Part shown: positions 35,513 to 44,499 of the stretch, one piece after another | Position numbering within the stretch: the first letter of the stretch is position 1 | Layout of the letters: every line of letters starts with the position of its first letter | Virus record (IMG/VR): IMGVR_UViG_3300045988_103931 | Span: 1-64,000 of that record | Source: a virus | Strand: one strand, 5' to 3' | DNA length: 64,000 nucleotides | Notes under the pieces: generated by a model | What the model saw: only the letters and a program-made list of their open reading frames with translations | What the model was told of the DNA's origin: nothing | Database searches by the model: none | Made by a program: the position numbers and the translations under genes

Positions 35513-35770
35513 ATGAGCGCAATTGAAATGATTAAGGTACAGATTGAGGGGCTGAAATTCGATATCGAGTACGATACAAAGCAACTTGATGAGTTGGTGA
35601 AGCAATTCAAAGAAAGAACGCAGAGACTTGGCGCAGTGGAAATCATAGCATGGGATGTAGCTTTCGATCAGAAGAGAATTTCTGATTTTTACGTCAGGGT
35701 TAAAAACGAGACGGAAATGCTACAGAGGTTGCAGAATATCGTTGATAACGCAAAGGAGGAACAGGCATGA
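35513..35770 (+). CDS. hypothetical protein (coiled-coil)
   Basis: 85 aa. It is the first ORF after c4. Confidence 0.45.
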   Translation: MSAIEMIKVQIEGLKFDIEYDTKQLDELVKQFKERTQRLGAVEIIAWDVAFDQKRISDFYVRVKNETEMLQRLQNIVDNAKEEQA

Positions 35771-36123
35771 GCTACGATATTGGGTTCAAGGTAAAGGTTG
35801 ATGGGGCGGACATTTACGTCCCCGTTGGGAATTGTGAAGCCAACACCACATGGAACGTCCGAAAAATGATTGTGGAATCGACCGGGCTTGAATGGAAGAA
35901 TGAAGAAAACAACGGTTTGTGCGTTGACGTTATCCCGAAAATCAAGCACGGCTATGAAGAACTTTGCAATCACCCAGAAAAATACAGGCAATACAATTCT
36001 CCGAACGGTTGGGGGACTGTAGAAACAACAAAAGGGTTCTTCAAGTGTATTTTAGACGCATGGGAATATATTGTTCGATGGCATGAGGAATTATTGCCTT
36101 ACGCAACATTCTGGATTGAATAA
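35767..36123 (+). CDS. hypothetical protein
   Basis: 118 aa with an ATGA overlap. Confidence 0.45.
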   Translation: MSYDIGFKVKVDGADIYVPVGNCEANTTWNVRKMIVESTGLEWKNEENNGLCVDVIPKIKHGYEELCNHPEKYRQYNSPNGWGTVETTKGFFKCILDAWEYIVRWHEELLPYATFWIE

Positions 36124-36153
36124 ATATTGTGAAGAAACGAAACGGAGCAATTG

Positions 36154-36339
36154 ATGAAAGAAAGAAAACACTATATGTTTTGCTGTGACTGCGGATATGC
36201 GTTTAAGGAAGATGAGATTTTCAAAAAAGTATATACAAATACTGCGATTTGCTTGTGCCGGGAATGTGCGTTGAAATTGGCGCGGGAAATCAAGGATGAA
36301 TACGTGAAAACGACTGCTGAAGTGAGTGAAAAGAGGTAA
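36154..36339 (+). CDS. zinc-ribbon hypothetical protein
   Basis: ATG 36154 lies behind ACGGAG. Confidence 0.4.
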   Translation: MKERKHYMFCCDCGYAFKEDEIFKKVYTNTAICLCRECALKLAREIKDEYVKTTAEVSEKR

Positions 36340-36344
36340 ACACT

Positions 36345-36908
36345 GTGAAAAAAATTATTGTTCCAATTATCGTTGTTGCAATGCTCATGACCTCTTGTGA
36401 GATCGATACGTCAAGCGTAACTACGACAAGCGAACAGGATATAAATGCAACGATTGGAATCGGCGATAAACTCGCATCGAACCAAGCAACGCCGACAGAT
36501 ATTGATTATTCTTTGGAAAGATACAACCTTATCAAACGTGCATATTGGGTTAATGGTCAGCGTGAAAAGGCTAATACGCTTGTTTGTGAGATTCAAAAGC
36601 CACTTGGGTATATCGTCCTCTTTACCGATTCCGGCGCAGTCGTGGGCAGCTTCATTGTTGACGGAAAGGTTTCAAGCCTAAATAGCTATCTCACGCCAGA
36701 CAGCGAATACTACGAGCAGGAAACATTTTATAATGGAATTACATATGGAAATGAATGGCTTCCTGACGTTGACGGTTCATATGGCGAAAATGATTCCGGT
36801 ATATTCTTCTTTACACCTGACGGGAAATATATCGAATGGACTGGCACATACCTATATTCCGATATTCCGTTTATCGTAGAAGACCCGATTGTGAAGATTG
36901 GAGAATGA
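36345..36908 (+). CDS. putative lipoprotein
   Basis: GTG start behind AAGAGG. Signal peptide plus lipobox (AMLMTSC). Confidence 0.55.
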   Translation: MKKIIVPIIVVAMLMTSCEIDTSSVTTTSEQDINATIGIGDKLASNQATPTDIDYSLERYNLIKRAYWVNGQREKANTLVCEIQKPLGYIVLFTDSGAVVGSFIVDGKVSSLNSYLTPDSEYYEQETFYNGITYGNEWLPDVDGSYGENDSGIFFFTPDGKYIEWTGTYLYSDIPFIVEDPIVKIGE

Positions 36909-36909
36909 T

Positions 36910-37323
36910 ATGAAACAAGGGAACATATTAAAGATTTTAGCATATGTGCTATTTGCTCTTGCTGCACTTCAAATGATACTCGCTGTCGTTCTTTTGTTGA
37001 ATAGCTGTTCTCCTGCTGGCGTTGCGATTTGGAATACATATGATTATGCCGTGAAAAAGACTGACGATGCAACAAGCTACAACACAAAAAAGAAAGTAGA
37101 AGATTCATGCCGTTCAATGATCGCGTCATATGAATCTGACAAGCTGACATGGGAGCAATACAAAGATTCAGACAACGAAGAAAAGCAGTCATGGGCAGAA
37201 CAGGCTAAAATGAGAGCAAACAAAACAGCTGCAACCTATAATAATTACATTCTTGAAAATAGTTTCGTGTGGGATGGGAATGTACCGAAAGACATAAACA
37301 AAGAGCTTGAATATTTGGAGTAA
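36910..37323 (+). CDS. membrane-anchored hypothetical protein
   Basis: ATG 36910 lies behind GGAGAA. N-terminal TM: ILKILAYVLFALAALQMILAVVLLL. Confidence 0.5.
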   Translation: MKQGNILKILAYVLFALAALQMILAVVLLLNSCSPAGVAIWNTYDYAVKKTDDATSYNTKKKVEDSCRSMIASYESDKLTWEQYKDSDNEEKQSWAEQAKMRANKTAATYNNYILENSFVWDGNVPKDINKELEYLE

Positions 37324-37334
37324 GGATAACAACG

Positions 37335-37475
37335 ATGAGCTTTTCAAGAAAACTAAGGCGCAAAGGGAAGCACACACTAAGATGCTGTGGTTCGCAAATG
37401 ACGTATAAAGATGGTTACGGTTATGTGTGTGAAAAGTGCGGGAAATTGAAAAAGGACAAACGCCATGAAGATTGA
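37335..37475 (+). CDS. small zinc-ribbon protein (46 aa)
   Basis: MSFSRKLRRKGKHTLRCCGSQM...CEKCG. It overlaps the next start. Confidence 0.35.
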   Translation: MSFSRKLRRKGKHTLRCCGSQMTYKDGYGYVCEKCGKLKKDKRHED

Positions 37476-37728
37476 GAAATGCAAAATCTGTGGATCGATG
37501 GCAATATGGATGAACAGAATAGTGACCGGACACGGATATTTCGCAGAGTGCAGTGAATGCCATTGGTGTGCAAAAAAGAAGTTGACAGAACACGGCGCGT
37601 GGAGAGCGTGGAATAAAGCGATGCGCACTGTGAATTGCAATAATTGCCGGAAGTGGGGGACAGATGAATGCCCAAATTCGGCACTGTGCTATGATTCTGT
37701 CTGTAAACCGTATTTTGAAAGGAAATGA
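37465..37728 (+). CDS. Lar-like (restriction alleviation family) zinc-ribbon protein
   Basis: CKICGS...ECSECHWC...AWRAWNKA matches the C..CG...C..C...A..aWN pattern of the Lar family. Confidence 0.45.
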   Translation: MKIEKCKICGSMAIWMNRIVTGHGYFAECSECHWCAKKKLTEHGAWRAWNKAMRTVNCNNCRKWGTDECPNSALCYDSVCKPYFERK

Positions 37729-37760
37729 AAAAAGGCGGGGATTATTCCCCGCCTTTGTTG
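37729..37760. terminator. bidirectional intrinsic terminator between convergent operons
   Basis: GGCGGGG (37734-37740), loop attatt, CCCCGCC (37747-37753). An A-run lies 5' and a T-rich run 3'. Confidence 0.7.
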
Positions 37761-38045
37761 TCATTCCGCTGTGACTAATTTCTTTTCAAGTTTATCAAGA
37801 TATATTTTGTAAAATACATAGTCATTGTTGTTGTTGAATACAATGTCCTTACTGTGAATAATCAAAGCGAAAACGTCTTGTTCAACGATAACTTTATTTA
37901 TTGCTTCATGAAATTTCGTTCCGTCAAAATCAAGGACTTTTCCGACGATTGAATAACCATATCGTTTTGCAAGTGTGGCACATTGATTGTATTGTTCGTA
38001 CACGCTTATATCATCATTTTTCTTTGCGTAAATCACACAATTCAT
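37761..38045 (-). CDS. degenerate serine-recombinase (resolvase) N-domain-like protein
   Basis: ATG 38045 lies behind AAAGGAG. The fold-like pattern is NCVIYAKKNDD...QYNQCATLAKRYGYSIVGKVLDFDG, but there is no Ser at the catalytic position. Confidence 0.45.
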   Translation of the reverse strand: MNCVIYAKKNDDISVYEQYNQCATLAKRYGYSIVGKVLDFDGTKFHEAINKVIVEQDVFALIIHSKDIVFNNNNDYVFYKIYLDKLEKKLVTAE

Positions 38046-38072
38046 GGTTTTTTCTCCTTTGCTCACGCATTT

Positions 38073-39617
38073 TTATTGCCTGTTTATTTTCGCGTAAAAG
38101 AAAACATTCGGCTGCCGGAATGAATTGTTATACTCCATATCCCCATTAGGGGAGACGATGAGCGTAATATCAATGCTTTCGTCGCTGATAATGATTGATT
38201 CTACAAATTTATCAAAAATCGTTTTTAACACTTCATCGTCTGTATCGTCGGAGATGGATAACATTTTGTTTAGGTAATCGACTATCATTGAATGCGTCAA
38301 GGTTAATTTCGTTTGACGTTCAATATTGTATATTTGTTGTTCTACTTCTTGCAGTTCGTTTTCTTTCTCGCTGATATGCTCCGCAAGAAACGAATCGCTG
38401 ACTATTCTTTTTGCTCTTAGATCGATCAATTCTTTCATTTCGGATTTCAATGCAGATGAACGAGATTTTAACTGTTTGAGTTTGTCCTTTTGTTCGGTCG
38501 GGTTTTCTCCCAATATTTTAAGCATTTCGTTTGCAATGCTGTAAATAGATTTTTCGTTTAATATGTGACGCTTTATTTCTTTCATTGTGATTTCTTCTAA
38601 ATAGTCTTTTCTGATTCTTTTGCAAGAACAAGTGTGATAGTCTTTGCTTTGCGAACAGACATAATATTTATAATCGTATTTTTTCCCGTTCTGCATACTG
38701 CCGGAACGGATACCGAAATAGTGACTTCCGCAGTTGGCACATCTGATCTTTCCTGTCAAAGCATAAAGCTCTTTCCTCTTTCGCGGTCTAACGCCTTTTT
38801 GCGTGCTGTGCCGATATTGTACTCTGTCCCATAGTTCTTTATCTATTATAGGCGGTATTATATCATGCACAATTATTGGCTCATGCCCTTGCGCACTGTA
38901 CCTTAGTACGCCGATATAAAAATCATTTCTAAGCATTCTTGCTATCGTTTGTATGCTAAAATATTTCCCGCGCCTTGTGAATGCTCCATTGTCTTTGAGA
39001 TATGTCTGTAAATATCTAAGAGAATAATTATCGGCATACAACTCAAATATCTTGTTTACGATTTTACTTTCAAATTCATCTGGAACATACTTCTTTCTTG
39101 TTTTCTTGCCGTGTTGTACAACCTCTAATTTGTAACCATATGGAACTGTACCACCCGCGAAAAATCCCTCTGACACCATTTCCCGCATTGCGCTTTTAAC
39201 GTGGTCGCTGATAACGGCACTTTGATATTCGTCTATGTTTGCCATAACACCAATCATTAGTTTGCCTGACGATGTTTCATCGTCTACCATTTGCGTTACG
39301 GATATGAGTTTAACGCCGTGCTTCTTAAACAACTGGCGATATTTGTGACTTTCGTAAGCATTCCGAAAAATACGGCTGAATTTGTAGACTACAACAACGT
39401 CAATCATTCCGTTTTTAACGTCCCGTATCAATTCATGAAACGCTTCACGCCCTGCAACTTTCGTCCCTGTTATAGCTTGATCTATATATGTTTTTGTGAG
39501 TGGCATATCGTTTTTGTCTAAATATGCTTGGCACTCTGTTAGCTGATATTCAATAGAGAAACCATCGTCTTGTTTCGTGTCTGAATATCTTCCATATATC
39601 CCTGTCCTTTTGTTCAT
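38073..39617 (-). CDS. large serine recombinase (integrase)
   Basis: 514 aa. N-terminal IYGRYSDTKQDDGFSIEYQ, a recombinase domain, Cys motifs (CANCGSHY...YYVCS) and a C-terminal coiled coil. Confidence 0.9.
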   Translation of the reverse strand: MNKRTGIYGRYSDTKQDDGFSIEYQLTECQAYLDKNDMPLTKTYIDQAITGTKVAGREAFHELIRDVKNGMIDVVVVYKFSRIFRNAYESHKYRQLFKKHGVKLISVTQMVDDETSSGKLMIGVMANIDEYQSAVISDHVKSAMREMVSEGFFAGGTVPYGYKLEVVQHGKKTRKKYVPDEFESKIVNKIFELYADNYSLRYLQTYLKDNGAFTRRGKYFSIQTIARMLRNDFYIGVLRYSAQGHEPIIVHDIIPPIIDKELWDRVQYRHSTQKGVRPRKRKELYALTGKIRCANCGSHYFGIRSGSMQNGKKYDYKYYVCSQSKDYHTCSCKRIRKDYLEEITMKEIKRHILNEKSIYSIANEMLKILGENPTEQKDKLKQLKSRSSALKSEMKELIDLRAKRIVSDSFLAEHISEKENELQEVEQQIYNIERQTKLTLTHSMIVDYLNKMLSISDDTDDEVLKTIFDKFVESIIISDESIDITLIVSPNGDMEYNNSFRQPNVFFYAKINRQ

Positions 39618-39636
39618 TATGTTTCTCCCTTGCTGT

Positions 39637-39960
39637 TTACTCTTCCATCCGCAAATACAAGCGCATTATCTCTTTGTATAACCTCTCTCGCTCTTCTTTT
39701 GGAATGCCTTCATTCAGAAATACACTCTTTGCTCGGCTCAACAGCTCAAATCCCTCATCCTGCGTTTCTACGCCAAAGTAAGAAAGACCGACTTTGTAAA
39801 ACTCCGCAAACCGTTTCAGGTCGGATAAATGTGGTGAGCGCCGACCGCACTCATAATTGCTGATTGTTGCGCGACTTATTCCGAGCTTTTCGGACAATTC
39901 TTGCTGAGTTAATTTTCTCCCCTTTCTCAAAGTTTTTAATTTTTCTCCAATGAAACACAT
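39637..39960 (-). CDS. XRE/CI-like repressor
   Basis: LTQQELSEKLGISRATISNYECGRRSP. It is divergent from the + strand early genes. Confidence 0.75.
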   Translation of the reverse strand: MCFIGEKLKTLRKGRKLTQQELSEKLGISRATISNYECGRRSPHLSDLKRFAEFYKVGLSYFGVETQDEGFELLSRAKSVFLNEGIPKEERERLYKEIMRLYLRMEE

Positions 39961-39986
39961 TGATTACATCACCTCCCATATGATAC

Positions 39987-40091
39987 ATCATAGCACATTC
40001 TACAATGTGTTTCAAATTGTAATCATTTTATAAAAAATAATCGAATATATGAAACATTTACCATTGAACGAGAAACAAATATTCGTATAAT
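39987..40091. promoter_or_regulatory. divergent promoter/operator region of the lysogeny switch
   Basis: Minus strand: TTGAAA, 17 nt, TATGAT (plus-strand coordinates 40015-39987). The palindrome CACATT-ctac-AATGTG (39994-40009) fills its spacer. Plus strand: TTGAAC (40064-40069), 16 nt, TATAAT (40086-40091). Confidence 0.5.
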
Positions 40092-40140
40092 CATATTCAT
40101 AGGTCACAAAATACTGAATAATGTAACGAGGTGTAACATT

Positions 40141-40338
40141 TTGAAAAGCGTAAGAAAACACACCATTCATGATAGACTGTCGATTGATATTGCGTTAGCT
40201 GAAAACGCAAAAACCACAGAAGATAGGAAAGCATTAGCTTATCAAGCAATCGGTGCGGCGGAAATTGCCGTTGAATTTGACTTAATTACATACATGGAAT
40301 TTGAGGGTTACATAAATAGCATATTTTCGATTTTATGA
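40141..40338 (+). CDS. hypothetical protein (first gene opposite the repressor)
   Basis: TTG start behind GAGGTG; 65 aa. Confidence 0.4.
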   Translation: MKSVRKHTIHDRLSIDIALAENAKTTEDRKALAYQAIGAAEIAVEFDLITYMEFEGYINSIFSIL

Positions 40339-40390
40339 GGGCGATTGCCCTTTGCTTTAACTCCGCCTTGCGTCGTTTTGTTAGCAAATA

Positions 40391-40465
40391 TGAACATTGA
40401 TTTACAAAATGTTCACACAAAAACTGTAGAAACAATACCGCTGTTGTGGTATAATATAGGTACAG
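40391..40465 (+). promoter_or_regulatory. early promoter/operator cassette c5
   Basis: TGAACATT-gatttacaa-AATGTTCA; ATACC-N8-GGTAT; TGTGGTATAAT. Confidence 0.6.
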
Positions 40466-40504
40466 TAAAGGAAAGCAAAACGCACGATAGAGAGGAAAAG
40501 AAAA

Positions 40505-40729
40505 ATGAAAAAATTTGAAGTTGGAAAGTCCTACAGCATGAGAAGCGCGTGTGATCATAATTGCGTATGGACGTACACAGTGACCGAAAGAACAGCACAG
40601 ACAATTACAATCAGTGATGGCAAGGTTAGCAAGAAATGCAGAATCTCAAAAGACGTTTCCGAATACAGGAACGCCGAAACCGTTTACCCGTTGGGCAAAT
40701 ATTCAATGTGTCCTTCGTTGACCGCTTGA
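40505..40729 (+). CDS. hypothetical protein
   Basis: 74 aa. It is the first ORF after c5. Confidence 0.45.
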   Translation: MKKFEVGKSYSMRSACDHNCVWTYTVTERTAQTITISDGKVSKKCRISKDVSEYRNAETVYPLGKYSMCPSLTA

Positions 40730-40768
40730 ATGCGTCACAACGAAACAAATATAAGAAAGGTGATTAAA

Positions 40769-40933
40769 ATGAAAAGCATTTATATCAAGATCGAGAAAGA
40801 CGAAATGTGCGGCTATACGGTGTATGTCAACGGCGAGGTGCTTCTTGAATGCCTTGCGGAAGATGAAGTGGAAGGAATCACCGTAAAAGAGATTGCGGAA
40901 ATGCACGAGAAATACGAAAGCGGTGAACTGTAA
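40769..40933 (+). CDS. small hypothetical protein
   Basis: ATG 40769 lies behind AGAAAGGTGA. An in-frame ATG at 40730 follows the previous stop directly. Confidence 0.4.
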   Translation: MKSIYIKIEKDEMCGYTVYVNGEVLLECLAEDEVEGITVKEIAEMHEKYESGEL

Positions 40934-41160
40934 TGCTTATAAGAGACAAGGACAGTGCAGAGGGATATATTCACCTCTGCGCCGATAGTCACAAATACAC
41001 GAAAAAGGCACTTGCGGAAAGGTTGCAAATTAAGTTGCACGATGTTACAGCTTATACGTTGATAGATGGCAAAAATGGCGTTGATATGGTGCGCATTAAG
41101 TATTGCCCGTATTGCGGAGTAGAGATCGAGAAAGACGAATACGAAAAGGGGAACTTATAA
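40933..41160 (+). CDS. zinc-ribbon hypothetical protein
   Basis: 75 aa, with YCPYCG. Confidence 0.4.
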   Translation: MLIRDKDSAEGYIHLCADSHKYTKKALAERLQIKLHDVTAYTLIDGKNGVDMVRIKYCPYCGVEIEKDEYEKGNL

Positions 41161-42062
41161 TGAGATATTACGAAATTGACGAAACGGCTGCAAGACGTGG
41201 GCGCGAATTGTGGAGCTTTTCCGAATACAAGAACGGCAGCAAAACATCGGAATACAGAGCGCAAGTTGATGAGGTATACAAAATCGTTGATGAACTTCCT
41301 GACGGTCTGAAAGAAAAAGGGGCGGCAATGGCTGAAAGATACGCCCGCCGCCTTGCTGAATGGTATAACAAGCAATTCCGCATTGAAGCGATGTGTCCAT
41401 CGGTTATGATTAGCGGCGGTAGCAACTTCCCCGTGAGAAAGAAAGAAAAACAGAACGCCGCGCAAGATAATCATTATCAGTTATACAATAAAATTCAGCA
41501 GATTCCAGAGAGAATCAAAAGACTTGCGAGAGGTTCAAATATCATTAAATCGGGAGATGCTGACGCATTGGAACAGCTTCAAAAGAAAGTCGAGAAAGCA
41601 GAAGAATTACAGGCAGAAATGAAAGCCGTAAACGCCTATTACAGAAAGAATAAGACGCTTAAAGGGTATAAGGACTATACCGACGAAAAGGCGGCAAAAC
41701 TCGATGAAGCGATCAAGGAGAGCATGTGGGGAGTTCCATTCCCTCCGTATGAGTTGACAAACAACAATGCGAAAATCAGAAACACAAAGGCAAGAATCGC
41801 GGAGCTTGAACGGCTGAAAGAATCCGCAAAAGATACAGAAGAACAGACTGACGAATATAGCACGGATTTGTTTAGAGTGGTGGAGAATACGGAGATCATG
41901 CGCTTGCAGTTGTTCTTTGGCGAAAAGCCAGACGCAGATACAAGAGCCGTGCTAAAGAAGAACGGATTTCGATTCGCGCCGTCACAGAACAATGCTTGGC
42001 AACGTCAGTTGAACGCGAATGGCAAGTACGCATTGAAGCGAGTAATTGAAGAACTCTCTTAA
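41160..42062 (+). CDS. DUF3560-like protein
   Basis: ATG 41160 overlaps the previous stop (TAATG). The segment IKSGDADALEQLQKKVEKAEELQAEMKAVNAYYRKNKTLKGY is typical of DUF3560 proteins from mobile elements. Confidence 0.5.
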   Translation: MRYYEIDETAARRGRELWSFSEYKNGSKTSEYRAQVDEVYKIVDELPDGLKEKGAAMAERYARRLAEWYNKQFRIEAMCPSVMISGGSNFPVRKKEKQNAAQDNHYQLYNKIQQIPERIKRLARGSNIIKSGDADALEQLQKKVEKAEELQAEMKAVNAYYRKNKTLKGYKDYTDEKAAKLDEAIKESMWGVPFPPYELTNNNAKIRNTKARIAELERLKESAKDTEEQTDEYSTDLFRVVENTEIMRLQLFFGEKPDADTRAVLKKNGFRFAPSQNNAWQRQLNANGKYALKRVIEELS

Positions 42063-42081
42063 AACAAAATGTATGTAATTA

Positions 42082-42154
42082 TGAACACGGTTTTACAATC
42101 TGTTTACAAAATAATACAGAAACGATACCTCAAATGCGGTATAATATAGTCACA
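42082..42154 (+). promoter_or_regulatory. early promoter/operator cassette c6
   Basis: TGAACAcgGtTTTACAatcTGTTTACAAAATAATACAGAAacgATACC-N9-GGTATAATATAgTCAC. Confidence 0.6.
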
Positions 42155-42193
42155 AGGAAAGAACAAAACAAACCGCAGAAAGAGAGAAAGAAA

Positions 42194-42385
42194 ATGAAAG
42201 AATTTAGAATCAAGGGAACATGGTACACCGTAAAAGCAAATTGCATTAGACAGGCATTGAAGAAACTGGTGGACGAAGATGGAGACTTTACCTACACTCC
42301 ACACTGGTACACAAGAAGCAATCGGAAATCGTGGGCTGAATTTGAAACAAGCTACGGTTATCGCGGAATCGTCGAAGAGGTATAA
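42194..42385 (+). CDS. hypothetical protein
   Basis: ATG 42194 lies behind GAGAGAAAG. Confidence 0.45.
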   Translation: MKEFRIKGTWYTVKANCIRQALKKLVDEDGDFTYTPHWYTRSNRKSWAEFETSYGYRGIVEEV

Positions 42386-42465
42386 AGCAGAGTGGCGGCG
42401 GCAACGCCGTTAATGCACACAACGAAAGTTGTACGGTCACAAGTCCGAAATTGGAGGGTAAAACA

Positions 42466-42600
42466 ATGAAATGGAAGATTTTCAAAAGCGCAGATGAATA
42501 TGTGATTATCAGAGCAGACAGCTTTGACGAAGCACTTGCAAAGGCGAGAAAGATCGACAAGTCATATTGCGCAGGATATGTAGTTGATGATGATGAATAA
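42466..42600 (+). CDS. small hypothetical protein (44 aa)
   Basis: The ATG lies behind TGGAGGG. Sequence: MKWKIFKSADEYVIIRADSFDEALAKARKIDKSYCAGYVVDDDE. Confidence 0.4.
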   Translation: MKWKIFKSADEYVIIRADSFDEALAKARKIDKSYCAGYVVDDDE

Positions 42601-42641
42601 AATGCGTCACAACGAAACATTTAAGTTGGAGGTGATAACAC

Positions 42642-42923
42642 ATGAACAAGATTACAGACGGCAACAGGAAATTCTTATCGGAGTTGGTAGCAAGGCTTGC
42701 ATTCGAAGATTTTTATCAAGCGAACAAAGAGAATGATAAGAAGCCGTTTAGAAAAGACGGCACAAAGCCGTATACACCATATAGCTTGTCAGACGAAACG
42801 AATGAAGCGATAGAAATGCTCCATATCGCGCAGAAACTTGAAAACACGCCGGAAGAAGTGGAAATTGTAAAATCCTATATTCTTAAAGCGCGACTTATTA
42901 GAAACGAATTGAGATACAAATAA
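42642..42923 (+). CDS. hypothetical protein
   Basis: 93 aa with SD GGAGGTGA. Confidence 0.45.
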   Translation: MNKITDGNRKFLSELVARLAFEDFYQANKENDKKPFRKDGTKPYTPYSLSDETNEAIEMLHIAQKLENTPEEVEIVKSYILKARLIRNELRYK

Positions 42924-43001
42924 CAGTCGAAACGGCGTAATGCCGTCTCGCGTGATTAGCTACACGCGACTGATGAGATAGGCTAAAGAAAGGATGATTA
43001 T

Positions 43002-43211
43002 ATGCGTGTAAACCTAAAAGTTTTGCGCGTGAGAATGAATCTAAATCAAGCGGAAATGGCTGAAAAATGCGGCATAGGCAGAGTTGCATACTCCGCAATT
43101 GAGAGAGGGGATCGCGGCGGTTCAATGGAGTTCTGGAAGAGATTGCAGAACGCATTTAGCGTTCCCGATGAAAAAATGTTTTCTCTTATGAGGGATGAAG
43201 AAAGGAATTGA
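43002..43211 (+). CDS. XRE-family HTH regulator
   Basis: MNLNQAEMAEKCGIGRVAYSAIERGDR. Confidence 0.6.
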   Translation: MRVNLKVLRVRMNLNQAEMAEKCGIGRVAYSAIERGDRGGSMEFWKRLQNAFSVPDEKMFSLMRDEERN

Positions 43212-43212
43212 T

Positions 43213-43554
43213 ATGGAACACATAGTACAGTTTGCGGTAGGCATTGATGATGAGGGAATTAGAAAACGCATTATCGAAACATCGGAAAAGCAGATAATTG
43301 ATAGGCTATACGAGGAATGCAAGAGTGCTGTTATCGGGAAATCTCGGCGATATTGGAACTTCGAGAACAAGGACGAAAAAATTAAAATTGTGCTTAATGA
43401 TCTTGTGTTTGAAGCGGTTGACAAAATGGTAACCGAGCACAAGGACGAGATTATTGATAATGCGTCGAAAATACTTGCTGACCGTATCGGTCGGACAAAA
43501 GCGGCGAGGGAAACTTTTAGAAACATAGTGGAGAGTGAAGTGAGTGAGAAATGA
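43213..43554 (+). CDS. hypothetical protein
   Basis: ATG 43213 lies behind GAAAGGA. Confidence 0.45.
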   Translation: MEHIVQFAVGIDDEGIRKRIIETSEKQIIDRLYEECKSAVIGKSRRYWNFENKDEKIKIVLNDLVFEAVDKMVTEHKDEIIDNASKILADRIGRTKAARETFRNIVESEVSEK

Positions 43555-43669
43555 ACGTAAAGTCATAGTTCGATTAGTGGAAAGCGGAGAGGTACATAAC
43601 GGCAGACTGTTGGCAGAGTATTTTGCCCAAAAGATAAAAGGAAGAGGTGTAACAAATGAAGATTTATAA
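43544..43669 (+). CDS. small hypothetical protein (41 aa)
   Basis: GTG 43544 lies behind GGAGAG. It bridges the otherwise non-coding 100 nt and overlaps both neighbours. Confidence 0.3.
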   Translation: MRNERKVIVRLVESGEVHNGRLLAEYFAQKIKGRGVTNEDL

Positions 43670-43856
43670 AGACATTTACGGGTTTCAGGCTATGGACGAA
43701 ATCAGGAAAGAAAAGGACGTATATGTAATTGACAAAGAAGACCGCGAGGTTTATTGCATGAACACTATGCGTGTGGCTGATTTTATCAACATTGTAAACA
43801 GTGACAACGATAACGATAGATTTTCGTTTTATATAATCGAAGAAACGAATGAATAA
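43656..43856 (+). CDS. hypothetical protein
   Basis: 66 aa with SD AGAGGTG. Confidence 0.45.
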   Translation: MKIYKDIYGFQAMDEIRKEKDVYVIDKEDREVYCMNTMRVADFINIVNSDNDNDRFSFYIIEETNE

Positions 43857-43871
43857 GAAAGGGATATAAAA

Positions 43872-44495
43872 ATGGATGGTATCAAAAACATTTATGAAAA
43901 AATGTCCGCTATTACAGCAGAATTGCAGACAGTAGCAAAGAATCTCACTGTTCAGCAGACCAAAACATCATCGTACAAGGCGGTGTCTGAACGTGATGTA
44001 TTGGACGCTGTAAAACCTCTTGAAGCAAAATATGGCGTGTACAGCTATCCAGTAAGCCGCAAAATCCTTGAAAGCAATATGCTTGAAAGTGAAAGCACGT
44101 ACAATGGAAATACCACAAAGAAAACAACATTCATGACAAGAATCGAAACAGTGTATCGGTTTGTGAATGTAGATAAGCCCGACGAATACATAGAAACAAC
44201 CACTTTTGCAGAGGGCATTGACACACAGGACAAAGGTAGCGGAAAGGCTATGACGTACTCCGATAAGTACGCCCTTATGAAAGCCTACAAGATTTCTACA
44301 GGTGATGACCCCGATCAGACAGCAAGCGAAGAAACAAAGTACACGCAGAAGCCGAAACAGGCAACGCCACGCGAGAAACTTATTGCCAAGCTGAAAGAAA
44401 AAGGTATCGACGCGACAGCATATGCAAAAGAACACAGCTTAACGACACACACAACGGCAGAAGAGTTTGAAAGACTTCTTGCGGAATTGGGGTGA
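43872..44495 (+). CDS. ERF-family single-strand annealing protein
   Basis: GSGKAMTYSDKYALMKAYKISTGDDPD is an ERF-like core. It sits next to the YqaJ-like exonuclease. Confidence 0.6.
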   Translation: MDGIKNIYEKMSAITAELQTVAKNLTVQQTKTSSYKAVSERDVLDAVKPLEAKYGVYSYPVSRKILESNMLESESTYNGNTTKKTTFMTRIETVYRFVNVDKPDEYIETTTFAEGIDTQDKGSGKAMTYSDKYALMKAYKISTGDDPDQTASEETKYTQKPKQATPREKLIAKLKEKGIDATAYAKEHSLTTHTTAEEFERLLAELG

Positions 44496-44499
44496 TTGA

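Noticed and set aside
40730-40768. Whether the conserved MRHNET... mini-ORFs after stop codons are real small proteins.
   Set aside because: - Their lengths and frames differ at each site: 6 to ~40 codons, with one in frame with the downstream gene.
- Conservation is at the nucleotide level (ATGCGTCAC..GAAACA).
- I therefore report them as an RNA/DNA motif instead.
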